Below, piece after piece: positions 41,180 through 49,104 of a DNA stretch of 64,000 nt. A program made the translations under genes and the position numbers. Source of the DNA: an uncultured delta proteobacterium (lineage in GTDB: Bacteria; Desulfobacterota; Desulfobacteria; Desulfobacterales; JAFDCJ01); assembly GCA_963769935.1 (NCBI GenBank), contig CAVYNY010000015.1:32001-96000 (forward strand), given 5' to 3'. The notes below the pieces were generated by a model that saw nothing but the letters and a program-made list of their open reading frames with translations, did not search any database and was not told the DNA's origin. Within the stretch, counting starts at the first letter, position 1. Each line of letters starts with the position of its first letter.

Positions 41180-42277
41180 ATGGAAACCACCTCCAAACAG
41201 CTCGTTTTGGAAAACATCTGCAAAAACTTCGGTCCGTTGGTAGCAGTTCAGGATGTTAATCTTGCTATCGAACCCGGTGAATTTATTTGCTTTCTGGGCC
41301 CGAGCGGATGCGGCAAAACCACCCTTTTGAGAATCATCACCGGATTTGAGCAGGCCACATCGGGCCAAATCAGGTATGACGGCAAAATTATCAATGACGT
41401 CATTCCGCAAAAGAGAGACTTTGGCATTGTTTTTCAATCCTACGCCCTGTTTCCGAACATGACGGTGCAGGAGAATGTCGCCTTTGGTCTGAAAATGCGC
41501 CGGATGCCTCAAAAACTGATCGATGAAAGGGTCGCTGAAATTTTGCAGCTCGTAGGCCTGACCGAATGGTCCCGCCACTATCCTTCGCAGTTGAGCGGCG
41601 GGCAGCAGCAGCGGGTGGCACTGGGCAGAGCGCTGGCCATCAAACCGAGGGTGCTGCTGCTGGATGAACCGTTGAGTGCGCTGGATGCCAAGATCCGGGT
41701 GCGCCTGAGAATCGTCATCAAAAAGCTGCAGGAAGAACTGGGAATTACGATGATTTATGTCACCCATGACCAGGAGGAGGCGCTGGCCCTGGCCGATCGC
41801 GTTGCCGTCATGCGCAACGGTGAAATCAGGCAGATCGGCACACCGTGGGAAATCTACAAAGAACCCCAATCAAGCTTTATTGCGGAATTTGTGGGCACCT
41901 CTAATTTTATCGCCGGACAAAAGAAAAACGGCAAAGTCCGATTCGGCCGGCTGGAGCTGACGGTTGCCGACTTGGACGCTGTCGACAGCGAAACAGTATA
42001 TCTGGCGATACGACCCGAAAATATTGAGCTGCTGGATGAGACCATGTCGAGCGCCCACCATGGGTCATCAAATATCGTCGAAGTAGAAGCGGAAGTAATC
42101 AATTTTCTCGGCGCGGTCGTGCGTGTTACCTTCAGTCTGGAAGGTGAAGAAATAATCGTGGATATTTCGGAAAAAGAGTTTGAAAGAATCAACTTGAAAA
42201 GAAAGGATAAATTCAAGCTCTATTTCCCGCCCGATGCATTTCATGTGTATTCGGAAATGTTTCGAAAACTTATCTAG
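41180..42277 (+). CDS. ABC transporter ATP-binding protein (PotA/FbpC/PhnT-like) with TOBE domain
   Basis: GPSGCGKT, VFQSYALFP, LSGGQQQR, LLLDEPLSALD. Confidence 0.95.
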   Translation: METTSKQLVLENICKNFGPLVAVQDVNLAIEPGEFICFLGPSGCGKTTLLRIITGFEQATSGQIRYDGKIINDVIPQKRDFGIVFQSYALFPNMTVQENVAFGLKMRRMPQKLIDERVAEILQLVGLTEWSRHYPSQLSGGQQQRVALGRALAIKPRVLLLDEPLSALDAKIRVRLRIVIKKLQEELGITMIYVTHDQEEALALADRVAVMRNGEIRQIGTPWEIYKEPQSSFIAEFVGTSNFIAGQKKNGKVRFGRLELTVADLDAVDSETVYLAIRPENIELLDETMSSAHHGSSNIVEVEAEVINFLGAVVRVTFSLEGEEIIVDISEKEFERINLKRKDKFKLYFPPDAFHVYSEMFRKLI

Positions 42278-42327
42278 TGCCGGAATTTGGCACTCCGATC
42301 TCGTGTGAAATTTCAATGAAGGTCTGT

Positions 42328-42484
42328 GGAATGGATTCGATTTTTATTTTTATTTAGACAGGATTATCAGGATTATCAGGAATTTTTTCGCCTGCGGCGA
42401 GGAATCTTTCGGCCGAAGGCCGCCATATCCTAACGATCCTGTTGATCCTGTCCAATTATTTTCTTTAAAATAAGAATCCATTCC
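42328..42484. repeat. Nested inverted-repeat element (outer GGAATGGATTC arms, inner 9-nt CAGGATTAT arms)
   Basis: ggaatggattcgattttta / taaaataagaatccattcc enclosing gacaggattatcaggattatcagga / tcctaacgatcctgttgatcctgtc and central GC hairpins. Confidence 0.8.
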
Positions 42485-42678
42485 TTTTTTTACTTCCAAT
42501 TGAAAAGTTTTTTATCTGATCAGACTGAACGCTTGCGGCCAGCGGCCGAGTTCATATCTAACGGACCAAGTCGCTTTTAAGAATAACTGGGGAATTTAAG
42601 GATTCAGGGATTCAATATGGAAACGTCTTCCTATTTAAATCCGAAATCCACATTCCGCATTCCGAAATCAAATGAATT

Positions 42679-44394
42679 ATGAATACTTCGTCGCGCGCAG
42701 ATGAAATGACCACCTCGTACCAGGTCCCGGCCGGCCGGATGGAAATAGACCGGTTTATGGTTCCCGCCGTCACTATTTTTATCGGACTGCTGCTTTGTTT
42801 CTTTATGCTGTTTCCCCTGACGGCCATTCTCAAGTTGAGTTTTTTCAAAGGCGGCGAGTTCGCCCTGGCCAATTTCACCCTGGCGAATTTTCAAAAATAC
42901 TTCACCACTTCATATACTTTGAATGCGCTCTGGCATAGCCTCTATGTTTCAATTGTCACTACGATTATCGTATCCGTCGTCGTTTTCTTTTATGCCTATG
43001 CCATGACCCGCACCACCATGGCCGGCAAAACCTTTTTCCGCAATGTCATCATGATGCCGCTGGTGGCACCTTCCATCATTCAAGCCCTGGCCCTGATTTA
43101 TTTGTTCGGCCGCAACGGACTGATTACCGCCCATCTTTTGAAGACGGATTGGAATATTTACGGGTCCACCGGAATTATTATCTCCGAGGTTCTCTATTGC
43201 CTGCCCCATGCGTTTGTGATCTTGTATACGACCCTCTCGGCGGTGGATATTCGCCTGGATGAAGCAGCGGAAAGCCTGGGCGCAACGCCTTTCAAGGTGT
43301 TTACCCGCATCACGCTGCCGTCCGCCAAGTATGGCATTTTCAGCGCCGCCGCCTTGACCTTTAATCTGACCATCACCGATTTCGGCAACCCGGTGGTCAT
43401 CGGCGCAAATTATAATGTACTGGCCACAGAAATTTATGCCCAGGTAACCAATCTTTACCGTTTCGATCTGGGGGCCACCATCAGCATCGTTTTGCTGGTG
43501 CCGTCGCTGATGGCCTTCATGTTAAATTACTATATTTCCCGCAAGACCTTTGCGATGATCAGCGGGGCTGCCAAACCGATCATTCCGCCGTCCCGGCCCT
43601 TGAAAAAGTTCTCCTTTACGGCTTATTGCAGTCTGGTAACTTCGGCCATTTTTTTGGTCTTTGCCACCGTCATCATCGGCTCTTTTGTTAAAATCTGGCC
43701 CTATGACTGGACGCTGACCCTGCAGCACTATCATTTCCCATCCATCGGCGGGTATTCCGCCATCTGGACCAGCGTGTGGGTTTCTGTAATCGTAGGAATT
43801 GCCGGCGCATACCTGACCCTGGTGGCCGCCTATGTCATGGAAACGCGCCGCCCTTTCTTCAAGCAGGGTATTTATCTGTTGTCGGTGATGCCGGCGGCCA
43901 TTCCCGGCCTGGTAATGGGGCTGGGTTATATTCTGGCGTTTAACAAACCGTATTATATCTTCTATGGAACCCCCTGGATAATTGTCATCAACATCATCAT
44001 CTGCAACTTTACCCTGGGAATATTGTCCAGCATATCCAACCTGAGAAATATCGATCCATCCATTGAGGAAGCCTCCATTAGTCTCGGCGGTGATACGCTC
44101 CGGACTTTTTTTAAGATAATTTTCCCGCTTTCCAAAGTTGCCTTCTTCCAGAACTTCCTTTACTTTTTCATGCGCTCGATGACCACCATCAGTGCCGTTA
44201 TTTTCCTGGTCTCCGCCACCGTTCATCTGGCGGCCATCGAAATCATCATGCTGGACAACGACGGCTGGACCGCAAGCGCCAATGCCATGTGCACCTGCAT
44301 CATCGTAATTGTGATGATTATGCTGGGGATTTTACAGATTACGGCCAAAAAGACGGGCACCCGGCCTGGAGGGATGGCGGGGGTTCAGGGCTAA
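42679..44394 (+). CDS. ABC transporter permease, fused duplicate (FbpB/PhnU-like)
   Basis: Two EAA loops (DEAAESLGA; EEASISLGG), ITDFGNPVVIG, IYLFGRNG. Confidence 0.92.
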   Translation: MNTSSRADEMTTSYQVPAGRMEIDRFMVPAVTIFIGLLLCFFMLFPLTAILKLSFFKGGEFALANFTLANFQKYFTTSYTLNALWHSLYVSIVTTIIVSVVVFFYAYAMTRTTMAGKTFFRNVIMMPLVAPSIIQALALIYLFGRNGLITAHLLKTDWNIYGSTGIIISEVLYCLPHAFVILYTTLSAVDIRLDEAAESLGATPFKVFTRITLPSAKYGIFSAAALTFNLTITDFGNPVVIGANYNVLATEIYAQVTNLYRFDLGATISIVLLVPSLMAFMLNYYISRKTFAMISGAAKPIIPPSRPLKKFSFTAYCSLVTSAIFLVFATVIIGSFVKIWPYDWTLTLQHYHFPSIGGYSAIWTSVWVSVIVGIAGAYLTLVAAYVMETRRPFFKQGIYLLSVMPAAIPGLVMGLGYILAFNKPYYIFYGTPWIIVINIIICNFTLGILSSISNLRNIDPSIEEASISLGGDTLRTFFKIIFPLSKVAFFQNFLYFFMRSMTTISAVIFLVSATVHLAAIEIIMLDNDGWTASANAMCTCIIVIVMIMLGILQITAKKTGTRPGGMAGVQG

Positions 44395-44772
44395 AGAATT
44401 GAGGTTTCAGGTGTCAGCGCCGCCGCCGGCAGCCGAAGATTACATTTATCGTCGATACCGCCGGCCGGGAAAAAGCCCTGAATCATGGGTAATCTACCTA
44501 AAAAAATAAGCTGATGCACCTATGGACATCAATGAAGCGGCCATATAAATATGCTTGCAATCAAACATTTTTTTTCCGCGCAGGGGAGGCTACATTTCAT
44601 TGCGCGGCTCAAGGGTGGTCCTTCTGAGAAAGGGCTACCCTTCGACGTTCCTGGCCAACCCAATTCTCTATTAGACAATCCCTCTTACAATGGCCCCTAT
44701 ATCCCAAGCTTCCAACATACCCGATAAATTCTTTCCTGTTACTCATCATCAATTTGCAAAGGAGATTACCGT

Positions 44773-45003
44773 ATGAAAGATCTGGTTGCTCACATTGCCC
44801 GCGAGTTGGTCGACAAACCCGAAGAAGTGTCAGTTGTGGAGGTCGAAGGGAATCATACCGCGGTCCTGGAATTGAAGGTGGCAAAGGATGACCTGGGAAA
44901 AGTCATCGGCAAAAAGGGTCGTATTGCTCAGGCCATACGCACTATCGTAAGCTCGGTGGCCGCTAAAGAAAAAAAACGTACTGTTCTGGAAATCGTGGAT
45001 TGA
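44773..45003 (+). CDS. khpA: KH-domain RNA-binding protein (KhpA/UPF0109)
   Basis: LVDKPEEV, DLGKVIGKKGRIAQAIRT; 76 aa; AAGGAG RBS. Confidence 0.92.
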   Translation: MKDLVAHIARELVDKPEEVSVVEVEGNHTAVLELKVAKDDLGKVIGKKGRIAQAIRTIVSSVAAKEKKRTVLEIVD

Positions 45004-45088
45004 TCCGGAGATTACATAATGGTAAAATTTCGGCCGTTAAGATACGAAGGCCTGAGCGAGGATTATAAAGCCGGAAGGGGGTTGCACG

Positions 45089-47163
45089 ATGGCCGGAAAA
45101 TCCATCTACGAAAATTTGAACGCCCGGAACTATGAATCCAGGATCTATCGCTTCAGGTCCACCGAGGCGCAAGAACTGGAACGCGAGGAACGTAAACTGG
45201 CCATTAAACTGCTTCGCCGGCGCGATGAAATATTGAAAGCGGTCCATCTGTTCACGGAAAGATTTCTGAGAATGCCGCTTACGGAAAGCAGTATCGAGCC
45301 CATATTGGAGACATTGGGCCATGCCACTGAAGTCAGCCGGGTGTATATTTTTGAAAACCATGCCCAGCCGGACGGCATCCGGGTAACCAGCCAGCGCTAT
45401 GAATGGGTTGCCCCGGGGATTGTTTCCCAGCATAACAACCCCGAACTGCAGCAACTGCCATGGCTGGCGGCGGGCTTTGAGCGCTGGGTGAATACCCTCA
45501 GTCGCCGCGAGCTCATCTATGGACATGTGAGCGAGTTTCCCGAATCGGAGCGGCAAATTCTTTCCGCGCAGGATATAATTTCAATTTTGGTTGCCCCTAT
45601 TTTTGTCGGTGAGAGCTGGTGGGGACTTATAGGGTTTGATGACTGCCGCACCGCTCGCGAGTGGTCTCCGGTGGAAATCGAGGCCCTGAAAACCGCCGCC
45701 AATGTCATCGGTGCCGCTATCCAGCGCAAAAAGGCCGAAGATGCCTTGATGGAATCCGAGAAAAAATATCGCCTGGTTGTCGATCATGCCAACGAGGGCA
45801 TCGTCATTACCCAGGACGGCTTGCTCAAGTTTGTTAATCCCCGGATTTCTGAATTTACCGGGTTGGCAGATCAGGCCTTGCAGGAAGGATCATTTCTGGA
45901 TTATATCCATCCGGACGACAGGCAAATGGTCATCGAGCACCACCGCAAACGTCTGGCCGGTGAAGAAGTACCCAACTCCTATTCCTTCAGGATGATCGAT
46001 AAAGAGGGTGATCTCAGATGGATCCGGAACAACGGCGTCATCGTCGAATGGGAAGGCCGACCCGCCACCTTGAACTTTCTGATGGACTATACCGAACGCA
46101 AAAAAGCGGCGAACGCCCTGGCGGAAAGTGAAGAAAAATATCGGCAGCTTTTTGAGAGCGAGTCCGATGCCGTGATGATAGTTGATGCCCAAACCCATCA
46201 ATTCGAGGATGCCAACCCGGCAACATTGAATCTGTTCGGCTATTCGAAAGAAGAATTCCTGGCGTTGAAAGTGGAAGATATTTCGGCCGAAAAAGATCAG
46301 ACCCGCAAATCGGTCGAAAAGGTAATCGCCGACGACGCACCCAACGCGCAGGTTCCCCTGCGCAAGTTTATCAGAAAGGACGGTTCGGCATTTCCCGGTG
46401 AAATCTCGGCCGGGAAATTTTTTGCCGGCCGCCGCAAAAAAATTATCGGCGCGATACGCAACATAACCGCAAGACTTCAGGCCGAAGAAAAAATCCGGGC
46501 TCTGACCCAGCAGCTCATCAAGGTCCAGGAAAATGAGCGCAACCGCATCGCCGGCTATTTGCATGATAATGTGGCGCAGGATCTCTCAAGTCTTAAAATC
46601 GGCCTGGAAACTCTTTATGACCGCGGGCAGGAAACACCTCCGGAGATAAAAACAAAAATCGGCGAATTGTCGAAAATACTGCAGGAATCGATTACCGCCG
46701 TGCGTGATCTTTCCTATGATTTGCGCCCGTCGGGCATGGACCAGTTGGGTCTGGTACGGACGGTTTATCAATACTGCGAGGACTTCTCCGAGAAAAATAA
46801 CGTGGACGTTGATCTCTATAGCGCCGGGATGAAAGATTTAAGGCTGGATTATGACACGGAAATCAATCTGTATCGTATGATTCAGGAAGGTCTCAACAAT
46901 ATTAAAAAACACGCGGAAGCCGGCAAGGTCGTCATCCGGCTGGTGGCATCATCCCGAACATCATTTTACGGATCGAAGACAACGGCAAGGGTTTTGACGT
47001 CAAACACCGCCTGGCCAGATCTTTAAAGGAGAAGCGCATGGGACTTTCCAGCATGGAAGAAAGAGTCAGCATGCTGGGAGGGTTGATGAAAATCAGGTCC
47101 CGGCCGTCCAAGGGTACCAAAATCTTTATTGAAGTCCCTTGCGGGGTGAGAAAGGATGCCTGA
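45089..47163 (+). CDS. Cytoplasmic GAF-PAS-PAS sensor histidine kinase (HisKA_3 type), apparent frameshift near 46953
   Basis: ERNRIAGYLHDNVAQ H-box, QEGLNNIKKHA N-box; the other frame continues PNIILRIEDNGKGFD...GLSSMEERVSMLGG...KGTKIFIEVP to TGA 47163. Confidence 0.9.
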
Positions 47164-47830
47164 AAAAATATCAATTTTGATTGTCGATGATCATCCTCTG
47201 TTTCGTGAAGGTCTTAAGACGATTATCGGGCGCAGCCGACTTTATGAAGTGGTCGGCGAGGCCGGCAGCGGACAGCGGGGCCTGGAGATGGCCCGCAAAA
47301 TCAAACCGAACCTGATGATGATCGACTTGTCGCTGCCGGATATGAACGGCATGCAATTGACCCGCAAAATTCGCGCCGAGCTGCCTGAAACAACGATCAT
47401 CATTGTCACCATGCATGCCAAAGTCGACTACATCGCCGAAGCATATCAGGCCGGCGCCACCGGATACGTGATCAAGGAGTCTGCAGCCGAAGGCCTTTTA
47501 AAAGGGATTGAGACCGTGTTGAAAGGCGAGTACTTTCTGGACAGCGCCGTCTCCTCGCAGGTGGTTCAAACCTTGATGAAACTGCCGCGCAAAGAGGCAA
47601 AAATCACTGATGCGCAGTACGGCTCCCTGACTGCCAGAGAACAGGAAATTTTAAGACTGCTGGCCGAAGGGTTGTCGTCACGAAATATTGCGGAAAGGCT
47701 TTTCATCAGCCCCAAGACCGTGGAGAATCACCGTGCCAACATCATGAATAAACTGGACCTGCACAGCACCATCGAGCTGGTCCGCTATGCCGCCAAACTC
47801 GGCCTGATCGACACGGATCTTTGGACGTGA
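47156..47830 (+). CDS. NarL/LuxR family response regulator
   Basis: IVDDHPLFREG, IDLSLP, GYVIK, LTAREQEIL...ISPKTVENHRANIM. Confidence 0.96.
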   Translation: MPEKISILIVDDHPLFREGLKTIIGRSRLYEVVGEAGSGQRGLEMARKIKPNLMMIDLSLPDMNGMQLTRKIRAELPETTIIIVTMHAKVDYIAEAYQAGATGYVIKESAAEGLLKGIETVLKGEYFLDSAVSSQVVQTLMKLPRKEAKITDAQYGSLTAREQEILRLLAEGLSSRNIAERLFISPKTVENHRANIMNKLDLHSTIELVRYAAKLGLIDTDLWT

Positions 47831-47863
47831 AATATGCGTTGCGGGGTGACGCACTGGCGCGCC

Positions 47864-48061
47864 AGCTCATAGCTCATAGTTGATAGGAAAAAGGAGAAAT
47901 AGGCAGGGCAGAGGGTGGATGAGAAATTGGTGCTTACGAACTTAAGAACTTACGAGCTCCGCAGCGTCCCAGCCTCTTACCTTCTGTTCTTCTCATCTTC
48001 TGAGCTTCTCAATTCCATCTGCTGCCCGCTGTCATCTATTCTCTGTCTTCTGTCATCTGTC
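47864..48061. repeat. Cluster of short tandem-repeat tracts
   Basis: AGCTCAT x2, CTTAMGAA x3, CTTCT-rich 8-mers, CTGTCWT heptamers (48029-48061). Confidence 0.65.
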
Positions 48062-48186
48062 TTCAAATGCGCAGCATAAACTAATTAATCAGCCGGACCT
48101 TCGATCTTGATATATTCTTCAGTTATCAAGGAGCAAACTACAACCCTGAATATGCCGTTTCTCAGGGTGGATTAATATTTACACGT

Positions 48187-48317
48187 TGTAAAATAATCCG
48201 ACAGAGCCGGTGCGCATCCGGGCCGGCGCTAATTTGTCGGATCGCCTTTCTTTATAAATGATTCCAAAAAGTTAGAAACATACGCCCTGCCCCGCTAATT
48301 GTGGCATACCTGTTGCT
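48187..48317 (+). promoter_or_regulatory. Sigma54 promoter with upstream activator-like site, ahead of the hydrogenase operon
   Basis: TGGCAT-ACCTG-TTGCT at 48302-48317; TGT-N11-ACA (TGTAAAATAATCCGACA) at 48187-48203. Confidence 0.78.
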
Positions 48318-48408
48318 TTTAAAATTGGTGAAAGACCGGAATATGTGGGTTGTCAGGTAAAAATGTATTGGAAATGATGGTCAACCCCATGGCAGAGGAG
48401 ATAATCCT

Positions 48409-48675
48409 ATGCTGGTCAGGAACTGGATGTGCCGCCCCCCCGTCACTGTCAAGGCAGACGCCCCCCTTCAAACCGCTGTTGAGCTTTTGACCGGCCACCA
48501 TATTCATGTATACATCCGCGCCTATGGCCTGGATTTGCCGAATCGGCTTCGGGTCAAAGAGGCGATCAGAGCTAAAGCTGAATTACTGTATGCAGTGGAC
48601 CATGAAGAGAATACACGGGAAATCTATCAGAATGCAACCATAGGCAACCCTACAGCACCGGAGGGCACGCAATGA
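48409..48675 (+). CDS. Internally deleted CBS+ACT (AcuB-like) protein
   Basis: CBS start MLVRNWM.RPPVTV joined in frame to ACT-end VYIRAYG...LLYAVDHEENTREIY; GAGGAG RBS; overlaps the next ATG. Confidence 0.65.
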   Translation: MLVRNWMCRPPVTVKADAPLQTAVELLTGHHIHVYIRAYGLDLPNRLRVKEAIRAKAELLYAVDHEENTREIYQNATIGNPTAPEGTQ

Positions 48676-49079
48676 AAGAAAAAGCCGCAATTTTGGTGGT
48701 GGATGATGATCCGGACATCAGAGACTCAATCGCCATCATCTTAACCAGCCACAACTACACTGTCCATACAGCCTCAAACGGCAAAGAAGCCGTCCAAGCA
48801 CTGGAGGAGAAAAAACCGGATCTCATGATTCTTGACATCATGATGGCCACCGACACTGAAGGGTTCGACCTCGCCTATGACCTGAGGGAAAGACCCGAAT
48901 TTAAAAGCCTTCCGATCATCATGCTGACCAGTTTTCTCGCGAAGGTCCGGGAAGAAGGTCCCGGCGATTTCGCCTATATCCTGGGCGAGCAGTGGCCGGC
49001 TCAATGGTTGCTGGAAAAACCTCTGGACACAAAGAAGCTGCTGGACAAAATCGAAGATATTTTAAAGGAACGCGCCTAA
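48672..49079 (+). CDS. Single-domain response regulator (receiver only)
   Basis: LVVDDDPD, ILDIMM, IIMLTS, EKP; no output domain. Confidence 0.93.
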   Translation: MKEKAAILVVDDDPDIRDSIAIILTSHNYTVHTASNGKEAVQALEEKKPDLMILDIMMATDTEGFDLAYDLRERPEFKSLPIIMLTSFLAKVREEGPGDFAYILGEQWPAQWLLEKPLDTKKLLDKIEDILKERA

Positions 49080-49104
49080 TCTGAAGACGGGGAGCCGGAG
49101 ACTC

